A DNA stretch of 64,000 nucleotides from Phoronis australis (lineage: Eukaryota > Animalia > Phoronida): contig NMRA01000112.1 of the NCBI GenBank assembly GCA_002633005.1, positions 322,629-386,628 of the forward strand, in the 5' to 3' direction. Within the stretch, counting starts at the first letter, position 1. Every line of letters starts with the position of its first letter. Shown here piece after piece: positions 23,705-34,944 of the stretch. The position numbers were made by a program, and so were the translations under genes. Under the pieces are notes generated by a model. It saw only the letters and a list, made by a program, of their open reading frames with translations, was not told where the DNA came from and did not search any database.

Positions 23705-23789
23705 GAGGACCTTCGGATCTTCGAAGCAGTGAACCTTTGGAATAGTGGACCTTCGGAGTAGTGAACCTTTGAAATAGTGTGCTGTTCCC
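23705..23789. repeat. Short ~17-bp tandem repeat (TAGTGRACCTTYGRA), probably a transposon subterminal array
   Basis: About five degenerate units are visible. Confidence 0.6.
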
Positions 23790-25145
23790 ATTTACAGCTA
23801 TGTAAGAAACTTCAGTAACGGGCAAAAATACAACCAGATAAACAATTTCGTCAAGTCTTTCTCCGAAAAAAACTTCATATTTCCATTCCGAGTATGATGT
23901 GAGACGTAATCCGATGACTCATTTGAGCATGCCTGATTTGAAATTTTGGCAAAAGGAAACACGAGAACGTTCTCTAGCTGGACCACATTACATCCGAATT
24001 TGTGCCCTGCTCTTTGCGAGCAACCGACACATCATCGTCATTTCTGGTATTACAAGTTCGGTCTCATCTAGGTAACATGGAGCTGAGAGCCATCGTGTAT
24101 ACTGAGATTTTCCTTCACCCTAATCAGTTAAGCTGCGTCAAAGGCCTTACCGAAAACTACAGTACCGACGTTTGCAAAATATCAAAGGTCCACCGTTCTA
24201 GAAATTCGAACCACCCCTCGCTCAATGCTGGCTACGGGCCTGACACTTCAGATTGAGAAATTGTACAAGCCATTTTTTAATTGAGTGCACCTGCCCTCGT
24301 TGAGGTTAGACTTAAAAACTCTGGTTTAAACGAATGCCTAATGTTGTATTCAGGCAGTATGACCAGAATTCTTGAAGGAGGGGCGGAAGGCGAATGATAA
24401 CCGAGAACGACAGGGAATTAGCAGAAAAGTTCGAAAGTTTATTAAAGGCATTCTGATCATAGCATTTTGCTACTCTAAAGGCCATTACCAGCAGAATTAA
24501 CCGATTAACCGTCATGACGGGGAAAATGGTACTTGGCTGATTACTTTTGTACAGTACTGTTCGTGAAAATTGTTGCTTGTTCAGACTTTTAACTTCATAG
24601 ACCATCAGTTGTTGAGAATAATTTGGCACAAGTAAATGGCATTAATGGATTTTCTCATGTTGTCAATGTTAAAACATTGTTTTCCTTATTTACGAGGCCA
24701 GGAAATCATATTTCCTATTTTCATTGTTTACCACATACAAGTTGGCAAATCTTACATTTAATATTTCTGAAATTAAGAAAAAGTTCTTTTTAGATCCTAC
24801 AAGTGTCCTACGTATTTCGTGACGTCCCCCTTTTACCTGCAAACCACGGCTGTAACCAAAACCAGAAATCTATGAGAAGTCTGTGATCAAAACTGTTTCC
24901 ACTCCCGAAAGCAGTCAATATTGTAAGTAGTACCACGTGGGGTTACGTTAAGCCCTGTGGTGTAAAAGTGCGGCTGCTTAGAGTTGATAAATAACAACAG
25001 GAAGAAAAAAATCAACTCCTTCCACTGGCACGCATCCTCACCACACAACAAAATCACGTACCACGGAAAACCCTTACCGCTAAACTTGAACTCACACCAA
25101 GGCACAAATAACATAAATAATCTTAGTGTAAGTGACCGACGTACG

Positions 25146-25279
25146 CCGTGGCGGACTTAGAGAGGGACCAAGGGGGCCATCGCCCTCCCAAATTCTCCCA
25201 TATTCCATTTGGCAGTTTGGGGGTGCGAATGTCTGACTGGCAAAATCCTGCCCCACTCAAAATCCTAGATCCGCCCCTC
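25146..25279. mobile_element. G/C-tract MITE with 5-bp TSD GTACG
   Basis: GTACG at 25141-25145 and 25280-25284; homologous to the 15001, 17565 and 26607 copies. Confidence 0.85.
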
Positions 25280-26202
25280 GTACGTGACCTAGTTTCCGGT
25301 TACGTGTTGAGTTTCATTTGCACTTTTACTGTTCTGTGGGAGGAGTGTCTGAGTGGAGGGCAAGAGTTTTCGTGGGGTGCTTGGCAAGGGTGGCATCCGC
25401 CCCTGAATGAACAAGTTTTAGTATCACACATTGCAGTCTTCACTTTCAGCTCAATTGTTTTTCCTACGTGCAGAATTCACAAAAATTTTAAAACTGTTAC
25501 AACAGATTAACGCAAAAAGCAGGTGTCAGCGTACAACTCATGCATGTGTTATTTTGCGAAACAAGTTTTGAATCAATGCTCTTGATATTTTCTTGTCCTT
25601 TCTTCATTGGTTGAGAGGTAAGTATTTTCATGGCTTCGTTATCAGCGGTGTTTCAAGTCTCATAAAGACGACTGTATCCCACAGCGAATAGCCTCGTCCT
25701 CCGCCTTTATCTGAAACTCAATTAAGAATGTCAGTGATACAACGCGCACGTCATGTGTCCGAGTCAAAATTAGTGTTTTAACACCCTAAAGTTAGAGGGC
25801 TCGTCAACGTCATGCGAAGTTTCTTGGAAATAAAAATAAAAATCTGTCTGAGAACATTGAAATCCCGAAGACTCGAGAAAGTGTGTTTATTACAAGAAAG
25901 CATGTTATTTGGAACGCCAGTTTAATTTTCCACTCTCATTCCAGCAAAAGGGTCTTTTGCTTTGATTGGGTTTCCCGCAAGTGGTTGACAAGGGCTGCAC
26001 GACCGTAGACATAAAAACATAGCTAAAGCAACAGGACCACGCAACATTACGCTCGGTGAACGGCGAGTGTAAGGTGGTCCTCATTTTGGACTTGGAAATT
26101 TTGGAGATCTTGGGAGCTCCAACATTCTGCTCCACAAAACCTGAAAATGTGAACAATACACCGTCAAAAATGTTGCACAATGTCAACTAAAACTGATTCA
26201 TA

Positions 26203-26587
26203 CGGTGGCTGTGAAACTTGAAGGACGGCACGGCAACTATTTTTCTCCGTTGCTAACTCTATCGATAGACTTATTAACTCTATCGATAGACTTACTATCT
26301 CTATCGATAGAGTTACTAACTCTATCGATAGACTTACTATCTCTATCGATAGACTTACTAATTCTATCGATAGACTAACTCAATCGATAGAGATAGTAAG
26401 TCTATCGATAGAGTTAATAATTCTATCGACAGAGTAAATAAGTCTATCGATAGAGTTATTAAGTCTATCGATAGAGTTATTAAGTCTATCGATAGGGTTA
26501 TTAAGTCTATCGATAGAGTTATTAAGTCTATGGATAGAGTTAACAACGGAGAAAAAATGTTGCCGTGCCGTCCTTTCACAACCACCG
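26203..26587. mobile_element. Palindromic MITE with TA TSD and a 21-bp tandem array of CTATCGATAG
   Basis: TA|CGGTGG..AAGGACGGCACGGCAAC..CTCCGTTG is mirrored at the right end (..CCACCG|TA). There are 14 units (11 perfect TATCGATA) whose orientation flips at the centre. Confidence 0.9.
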
Positions 26588-26606
26588 TAGATTCAAAAGT
26601 CAAAAT

Positions 26607-26767
26607 CAGTGGCGGATTTAAGGGAGGGGGGTGGAGGACAAGGGGGCCACGGCCCCCTTAACATTCTCGCATATTCCATTAGACACTTCGGGGCTCTAAT
26701 GTCTGACGGACAAAATCCTGGCTAATACTCTGCCCCCCCCTAACTCGAAATCCTGTGTCCGCCCCTG
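26607..26767. mobile_element. G/C-tract MITE, TSD AAAAT/AAAAC
   Basis: CAGTGGCGGAT..TCCGCCCCTG termini; homologous to the other copies. Confidence 0.8.
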
Positions 26768-27438
26768 AAAACTTACATCTTTTACGACTACAGGAAGCGC
26801 ACACGACTACATGTACTTAAAACGATCAAAAGTACACCAAATCATCAGTTATCACCCTAAAGCCACCGTTTGCATGCTAATACTACGATCTGAGAGTTAA
26901 TGCATTCAGACTGCCAAAGCTCTCCAAATTACAGAAATCAGGTGAAATTAATGATACAAAACTCTGTTTTGACGATTCCAATCAATCTTCGTCCTATTGC
27001 CTGATAATGCATTATTAGCGTCAATCTTGAAACATAAAAACAGGAAAGAAACTAAAAACTTATACTACATAAGTCACAGGTTGGATATTACGGTGGTTCT
27101 TGGTGGGTGGTCTTTCCCCACAGTTGCCGTGTAATTCGCTAAAACTGTAGGTGACGCTTGCCCATTCAGCACACTTCGAAAGGAATTTTCAAATGTTCCT
27201 CCAAAGTTTTGAGGGTTGCCGAGGGTTACAGAGCATTATTTTGGTTCATGGAATTGGATGGGAAAGTCGTTTTTAGTTTCTGTCAATAGCCTGGTAACGG
27301 GTTTGGTATCCATTTAAGAACACCCACGACTGAGCAAAAGGTGGGTCAATCACGTGTCAACAACTGGCAATCTTTCACTCAGAACAGACCACAAAATCAA
27401 GTAAACGCCATTTGTAGCCATCACATGCAACGCATAAC

Positions 27439-27596
27439 CAGTGCTGTAGTGGTGAAATTAGAGGTAAGTAGGCGCCCAAAGCTCACCGTATCACATCGAG
27501 CACTGAACGTAACTTACGATGCGTAGGCGCTACGTTCAAATGCCAAAAGGTGGTTGGCTGAGCCTATACGTGCGCCTACACACCACTACAGTGCTG
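27439..27596. mobile_element. Non-autonomous hAT-type MITE with 8-bp TSD
   Basis: TIR CAGTGCTGTAGTGG / CCACTACAGTGCTG; TSD CGCATAAC / CGCATAGC. Confidence 0.85.
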
Positions 27597-28012
27597 CGCA
27601 TAGCTTAGAATGCCCTGTCAACCCAGGAGGCACCAATTTTTAATGAAATTGGGGCAGGAAATTCAGCTTTTGCTAAAAAAACTATTGAGTACCGCCTTTC
27701 GCGGGAGCTAATCTTGGCAAAGTGGCATCCACTAAAGGGATTGGTCGGTAACATTAGAAATGTTTAATTATGCGACAGGATTGCCACTTTCCGTTTCATA
27801 AGCGAAAATGTCTCTGTATTGTCTCACCATAAGGGCGACGGTAGTGTCTTGGATCTAAGGAACGCCGGCTAAGATGTACTGTGAGTTCGTTGCTCGTACT
27901 CATAGTACTCATGAGCGGTGTAGGCCTTGAACCCCGGTGGTGTTCAAGTTGAAGGCGTTTATTTTTAACGTACAGACCTTTTGTTCTTCCAAGTAGCTCA
28001 CTTTACTCAGCA

Positions 28013-28450
28013 TCATTGACAGAAAGCAAGTTTACTCAATCTTATGTCTCCAATTGAAAAACACGATGTCGCTGTATTTTTATCCATTTGACTTACCACT
28101 GGTCGATCCTCGTTATCTTTTTCGCTTACTAAATACATGAGTCCCAACATCCCTGCAAACACAATCGACATAGCAACCGCTCCTTTTATCGCCATTTCGC
28201 TGCGCACCCGCCACGTTGGTGACCTTATAGGAAGTGCCGTATCACTTGAGATGTTTTTCAGTCTCCTGGTTTTACATAAACATGGCCGTACTAAAGTTCC
28301 TCTGATTGCCTGGCACTCCAAACCCGGTGGAGGTTCGGTGGCACTGTATTCGTGGGTCTGTTTGTTACAGTGTTCTGACAAAAGGATCTGCCGCCTAGGT
28401 CGAAGGATGTTACCTAGAGTCAATCTTCTTAGGCAAGAGTGAAATGCCAT
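28013..28450 (-). CDS. Putative coding exon: mitochondrial-presequence-like N terminus plus one TM helix (orphan; possibly pseudogenised)
   Basis: An acceptor CTTTTTCAG lies 7 nt before the ATG (28450). MAFHSCLRRLTLGNILRPRRQILLS is Arg-rich and acid-free; hydrophobic AVAMSIVFAGMLGLMYLV is followed by charged SEKDNED. Confidence 0.35.
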   Translation of the reverse strand: MAFHSCLRRLTLGNILRPRRQILLSEHCNKQTHEYSATEPPPGLECQAIRGTLVRPCLCKTRRLKNISSDTALPIRSPTWRVRSEMAIKGAVAMSIVFAGMLGLMYLVSEKDNEDRPVVSQMDKNTATSCFSIGDIRLSKLAFCQ

Positions 28451-29720
28451 ATTAGTTCTGAAAAAGTACGCTAGGGGCATTACTGATTACACTTGGAGTT
28501 CCCTCAGTGAAAGAACAACGCCTTCACTAGAATTAGTCACATTCATGAAAAATAAGAACATAAGAACTGCTTGTCCTAAGTCATGTGGGAATGTCAATTG
28601 CCATGTACATAGTTAAAAAAATAAATGTGAAAAAATTTACGTAAAATTCGGGTGCCACCCTAGACGCGGAATGAGCTGCAAGGACATTCGGCTTGTTCTT
28701 AGTAATCTTTTCTGAAAATTCGAATTGCATTCTAAAAATTCCGACTGACCGTAGAGTGCATTCCAGTGGCCCCTGCTATTATGGCAAGTTCGAAGGGCTA
28801 TGCACAAAATGTTCGGGCGCATAAAAATTCTAAAAGGTCGAACGGCGTTTGAAGTGTATTCACTGACAGAATTTCAAACATGTTAACGGAATTCCAACAG
28901 CGTTCGGAATTATTGAAATCTAGTTGGAAAAATCAAAAATGGCGAGCCACAAATTTTGTCAGGATGTGCTTCGATTTGAACCGGAATGCACCACGTGTAA
29001 ATTTCCATGTTATGAAATTGGACGCTTATTTAGACGTCGTCTTAACTTTTCCATTGCCGTTTCTATTCATTTTGAATGCCGTCGACGGTACGGAGTGAGT
29101 GAGCCTCGAATGAGTCAGGACTCTTTATGACAGTATACCGTGAACCTGCCGTTGGAACTAAGTTCACACTGATCAACTCCTGGTTTGTCATAATTGTCAA
29201 ATAAAAAATCTCGCCAACTTTTTTATTCCCATTCAAAAGTGACACAAATCCCATTCCGGCTGGTCCCGGCTTCTGGACGGCAAACTCCGAATATTGAGTG
29301 TGACGAGGAGTAAACTGGCATTTCATTTCGTAATGTTTTTGACGGTAGGAGCGAATTTACCCACTATGCACAAGTGTCACTCGACTTTGGTCGAGTTGCG
29401 ATTATTCGATGAGAATGGTTTTTAGCCACAAATGTTGAAAAAATCATGAACTGCTTTAGTCGCAAACCGTACCCTGGACTATTTGGTATTCGTTGTCCTA
29501 CAAACTTGTTACTATTGAAGGAACTTAATAAAGCATGTTATATGGTGTGCTTGCAACCAGGTTGTTATGAGTGACTTGTGAGGTGACGTCACTGACTGGT
29601 GACGTTATCACACCCTACATGGTGTAGGCTAGAGTTACAGTCGGTTGTCAATGATCTATATCATAGAACATGTCTTTGTCTGTCTGTATTTATGTACGCA
29701 CACAGCTGTTACAGCATTTT

Positions 29721-32173
29721 AATTACTCTGCGCGTGTAAGCGCAGAGTATTGTTGTTCCTGGGTTTTCTTCAATTTTATTCTTATTCTTATTCTTCTTCT
29801 TATTCTTCTTCCGACCAACTTTGAGGCTTAATAACTCCAAATTGGGTTCAGGTACGGTCTTTAAATTTAGCACATGACTTTTGACAGTATATAAATTTTG
29901 ATCGGTTATATAATCATATTCCATATTGCACCGGAAGAGGTCGTTTGGTGCAAAGGTCACATAATTTTCAAAATACTACTCCTCCTTCAGTTTTAGAGCT
30001 ATCTCTTTCAAATTCGGTGCACAGGTATAAGTCAACATGACAATTTAAAAAATTACTTTTCTACGTAACCGGGTCATCTAATCAGGTGATATAGGTCAAA
30101 GGTCAATAGGGGCAAACTAAAATTTTGAGCTAGACACTTCAAATTGACAGGTCTGATTGCCACAGGAAAATCAAATTGGAATCCAAAGTTTCAGGTCATT
30201 TAGTGCAAACATGGGGTCATTAGGTGCATTTTTCTTCTGAAAATTTGACCTTTTCAATCAGCAAGTATTCTGATGTGTCAACCGTTAGACAACTGTGATT
30301 CTCAGCGTTTAACACATTTTCCATGGGCTTTGCAATAATTCTCCTAAAGATGCTTAAAATGCACCGGATAAGGTCAATTAGTGCAAAGGTTATGTAACGT
30401 TCAACATGTTATATGTCTTACGTTTTTCAAGGAATTCTTTTCAATTTCAGCACACTGGTGTAAGTCAACATGCCAATTGAATACCCTACTTTACTTTGCA
30501 ATAAGCCTACCCAATCAGAAAAAATAGGTCAAAGGTCATACAGTGCAAACTAAAATTTTGAGCTAGAGACTTCAGAATTACGTATCTGTTTACTAAGTGC
30601 GATTGAGTTTGAATTCTATACTTCCAGGTCATTTGGTGCACCCATGGGGTCATTAGGTGCATTTTTCTTCTGAAAGTTTGACCAATTCATTCATCTTGTA
30701 TTCCGAAGTGCTTAAAGTACAACATCTGTGATTTTTAGCATTAACTACACTTTTAATCGAGTTAACATTTACTCCCTCATCGACGCTAATAATGCACCAG
30801 AAGCGGTCCATTAGTGGAAAGGTCATCAAAAAATTAATGTGTAATTTCTCCTACAATTTTAAAGAATTTCTTTTCATATTGGTAAATGGGTTGCTGTCAG
30901 TAACTTTCCATAATAATTCCAGTAATACACACGCGCAGAGTCCGTTTTTGTCTCGCCGTGACAATAATCTTTCTAGTTCTTCTTATTCTTCTTCTTATTC
31001 TTCTTCTGACCAACTTTGAGGCTTAATAACTCCAAATTGGGTGCAGGTACGGTCTTTAAATTCAGCATTTGACTTTTGACAGTATATAAATTTTGATTGG
31101 TTAAATAATCATATTCTATATTGCACCAGAAGAGGTCGTTTGGTGCAAAAGTCACATAATTTTCAAAATGCTACTCCTCCTTCAGTTTTAAAGCTATCTT
31201 TTTCAAATTCGGTGCACAGGTATAAGTCAACATGACAATTTAAAAAATTACTTTTCTAAGTAATCGGGTCATCCAATCAGGTGATATAGGTCAAAGGTCA
31301 TTAGGTGCAAACTAAAATTTTGAACTAGACACTTCAAATTGACAGGTCTGATTGCCACGGGTAAATCAAATCGGAATCCAAATTTTCAGGTCATTTAGTG
31401 CTAACATGGGGTCATTAGGTGCATTTTTCTTCTGAAAATTTGACCTTTTCAATCAGCAAGTATTCTGATGTGTCAACAGTTAGACAACTGTGATTCTCAG
31501 CGTTAAACACATTTTCCATGGGCTTTGCAATAATTTTCCTAAAGAAGCTTAAAATGCACCGGATAAGGTGAATTAGTGCAAAGGTCATATAACGTTCAAA
31601 ATGTTATATGTCTTACGTGTTTCAAGGAATTCTTTTCAATTTCAGCACACTGGAGTAAGTCAACATGCCACTTGAATACCCTACTTTACTGTGCAATAGG
31701 CCTAACCAATCAGAAAAAATAGGTCAAAGGTCATTGAGTGCAAACTAAAATTTTGAGCTAGAGACTTCAGAATTACGTATCTGTTTACTAAGTGCGATTG
31801 AGTTTGAATTCTAAATTTTCAGGTCATTTGGTGCACCCATGGGGTCATTAGGTGCATTTTTCTTCTGAAAGTTTGACCAATTCATTCATGTTGTATTCTG
31901 AAGTGCTTAAAGTAAAACATCTATGATTCTTAGCATTAACCACACTTTAAATTGGTTTTATAATTATTCCCTCATCGGGGTTCATAATGCACCGGATGAG
32001 GTCAGTTAGTGGAAAGGTCATCAAAATATTAACATGTAATTTCTCCTACAATTTTTAAGAATTCCTTTTCATATTGGTAACCGGGATGCTGTCAGTAACT
32101 TCCCATAACAATTCCTTTAATACGCACGCGCAGAGTCCATTATTGTGACGCCGTGACAATAATCTTTCTAGTT
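29721..32173 (+). mobile_element. Helentron/HINE (DINE-1-like) non-autonomous rolling-circle element, head-to-tail dimer (~1195-bp period)
   Basis: 5' hairpin TACTCTGCGC-GTGTAA-GCGCAGAGTA, a (TTC/TTA) microsatellite and ~434-bp internal subrepeats. The 3' subTIR CACGCGCAGAGT, a stem-loop TTGT(C/G)(T/A)CG-C-CGTGACAA and a CTAG end occur at 30973 and again at 32168. Confidence 0.75.
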
Positions 32174-32249
32174 TACTTTGTTAATGTCGATTTCAACGAA
32201 ATCCTTATGCAGTATTAAACCTGTGTTATTTGTCAAAAACTTTTTTTTN

Positions 32250-33617
32250 CGCTACTTGGCTTTGTGGTGAATGCCCCGAATAGTAGCAACTGTAACGCTG
32301 TGCCATTCTACTCTGCATCAGTTGTTTCCCATCCCAATCAAGAACGACCACCTTCTCGTCAGATGCAACAACGACCTTATTATTGTCACACGCAATTCGA
32401 GCACTCTCACCAGTGTAGACGTTCTTCAAAACCTTTTTTACCGCTACAAACTTATCAGAGATGATGATTCCCTTAATTGCGTTTTCTATGATACAGATTT
32501 TACCTTCTTTATTGCTTGTGACGTCCAAAGGTGCGTTTAGTTTGAATGTCCGTTTTATTTCGCCATCCCAGCAGAACGAACCAACAATACCTTTCTTCTT
32601 GTTTGTAATGAAATAAAAGTCATTTAAAAAAGTAATCCCGCCTTCGCCGTGATTGACTTTTTCATCGAATGCTTTAAAACGGCGGACTAGCTCAGCTTTT
32701 TCTAAAAAAAATGGTGCGATTTGTGCTGGGCCTTTAAGGGACGAACGTATATGTACGTCGACTTTAAAACCAGCAACATCCTCGAATTTCGTTATTAACA
32801 TCGGAAAGGCCATGCGAGGTGCAATTTGTAACCATTCATTGGACATGAGTTGGCCTTTAACTTGTGAGTAGTTACCGAATTTCTCCGCGTCGTGTCTAGC
32901 ATCTAGAAACTGACTGGCAGCTTCAAAGCTTTTTTCAACCAATTCCAGGTTAGATGAAGCGTTTTGTAATTCAAAGTTGAGCATGCTCATTGTTGTTTCA
33001 CCTTCTTGACGAACTTTGGCTAAGATTTCGCTTTCTTTGGCTTTAGCCCTTTTACGAATGGTTTGAAAGTGATCTGTTATGGCAGCCGATACAGATTCTA
33101 ACTCCTCTCCAAAAGAGATTTTGGCGTACTCCATCTCCTGTATACGAACTTTTCCCGTTGATAATTTCTTAGCCACAAATCTCGCATGTTGTCGTATGTC
33201 TCCGTCAATTATGTTGAAACCTTCGCTTGGACTCGCTAAATTGTGTTTCTTGTGACCAGAAAGCATGCACGTGGCACAAAGAATTTCCTTGCAGTCGACA
33301 CAGAAAAGGTTTAACTCTTGTGAAAAATGTTTGCGGCAGAACGAGGTCTTTTCCCTACTATAATGATACTTTTCAACCAAACTGTTAGCTAAGAAGTTGT
33401 CCTTCAGTCCCTCGCTCCCTGATTCGGGAATTTCCGTAATCGCTTTACACACTGGGCAAAGAAATTCTGTTATATCCTGCGTGATGTTGATGACACCATT
33501 GATGCAGGTGGCGCAGAACGTGTGTTGGCATGGTAGAGTTTTTGGTTTGTTGAAAATAGATAGACAGATGGGGCAGGTTAGATCTTCTGCAATATCAATC
33601 GAGCAGGCCATGGACAT
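32250..33617 (-). CDS. TRIM-type E3 ligase copy 2 (456 codons visible; last ~121 codons missing at the N at 32249)
   Basis: Ungapped alignment to copy 1 (1368 nt each up to SQVA) with no internal stops. It has the same TTTCAG|ATG start at 33617. Confidence 0.85.
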
Positions 33618-34944
33618 CTGAAAAGATATTTCAAAATAGGTAATGCAAGCTGGACTTTGAGAAGCATTCAAAACGGTGCAAATGGCGAATTGAAGAGAAT
33701 TTCAGATGAGGGCCCACAAATAATATTTCAGTCATTGCAAGTACATGGGAGTAGACATGGCGGTTGAAAAATTGGTTTATTTTTTATTTCATATGAATTT
33801 TACATGTATGTTTAACATCATCTTCTCATGTATCCCAGGTGGTGCAGACTACAGGCCTGTGAGATTCATTTAACAACAGTATGAATCTTATTTCGGCAGG
33901 GACAAATTATCCTATAGGACTCAGGAGGCTAACTGAGAAGTTGGTGACCTGAAAAAACATGTGCCAAAAGATGGCGCAAAACACTTCCGAATCCCGCTAG
34001 TGATTGTTGTCGTAGATTTTCCTGTTTAAATCCACTTTAACTGCGATCAACATGCCTCTGAAAGAAATGCATTTCATGGAAACAGTCAAAGGTCCATCTG
34101 AAGAACTGATGTCCTCAAACTTCTCGTGACTTAACTGCGACTCTCGACAATTCCTCAAGCTGTTCCCGCAAACTCTGAATGTTGCTGAAAGTTATGACTG
34201 AAAGACATCAATCACTGTCAGTAACCTTTATTGTTATTTGCAACATCTCCAGTCTCTTGAAATTTAGCCATCAAACATCCAATGACCCTTGTATTAGGTG
34301 CATTGTTCGTGGCAAAATATCGCTTCCATTGTCTTTGTGTCAGAAGAGTGATTTGCGGGAAAGTAGATTGCAAAAACTTTGTTTGTGTTGTTGCGTAGTG
34401 TACATTAAAGTATCCAATTTGATTCATTGCTGTGTCAAAAGATTTACCCGTAGCTGTTATCCACCACCAGACAATACCTTTGCTCTAAATAAATTTCACC
34501 CCCCCCCCCAACTTGGTTTGCTGTTTCCGTGCGACTAGTGTCTTGCGCAAGTTCCAGTTTTCCGCCAACACCCGAGGCCATCACGTACGGTTGCAGAGCA
34601 TGATAGCTGAGCTCTTGTGAGTTTCTCAACTTGCTGTATAAGTTCGTACTTCAAAAACCATAAGGAAGCATCGGTATTAACAAGACCAGACTGCACAGAC
34701 CCGAGGCACATGCGAAGTACTTATGGTGAGAAATCTTTTCTTGCATGTATGGGTCAGAGACGGCAAACACGTGAAACACTCGCCTAACTCGCGCCTCAAA
34801 TAGACACTATGACGTAAGCGGAAGTACGATAAAACACGTTGGTTCTTATCTCTCAAAGGGTCTATTGCCATGAAGCAATGACCTGATATGATAAAACACA
34901 TTTAAGCTAATAAAATTCTAACCAGTTTTACAAGCCATTGCATG
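32250..34944. repeat. Segmental duplication unit B (paralogous to 6369-9084), including the Tc1/mariner remnant at ~33840-34430
   Basis: Colinear similarity with unit A. Confidence 0.93.

Noticed and set aside
26250-26545. CRISPR-like array (also considered for 2250-2532)
   Set aside because: The spacers are not unique or the repeats are too degenerate, there are no cas genes, and the context is eukaryotic.
26364-26603. Leucine-zipper-like ORF (LSIDLIT)n
   Set aside because: It is a translation of the 21-bp tandem array inside a MITE.
29709-31155. Two similar minus ORFs MTFAPNDLF..KKNKKK
   Set aside because: They are translations of the tandem Helentron-like units and their microsatellite.
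32250-33617. Diversity-generating-retroelement-style template/variable pair between the TRIM copies
   Set aside because: Differences are spread over the whole gene and flank and are not adenine-specific; the nearby RTs are decayed LINE and Penelope types.
33618-33671. 18-aa N-terminal extension of TRIM copy 2 in the ORF track
   Set aside because: It reads through the splice acceptor region and is not open in copy 1; the shared start is the ATG at 33617.
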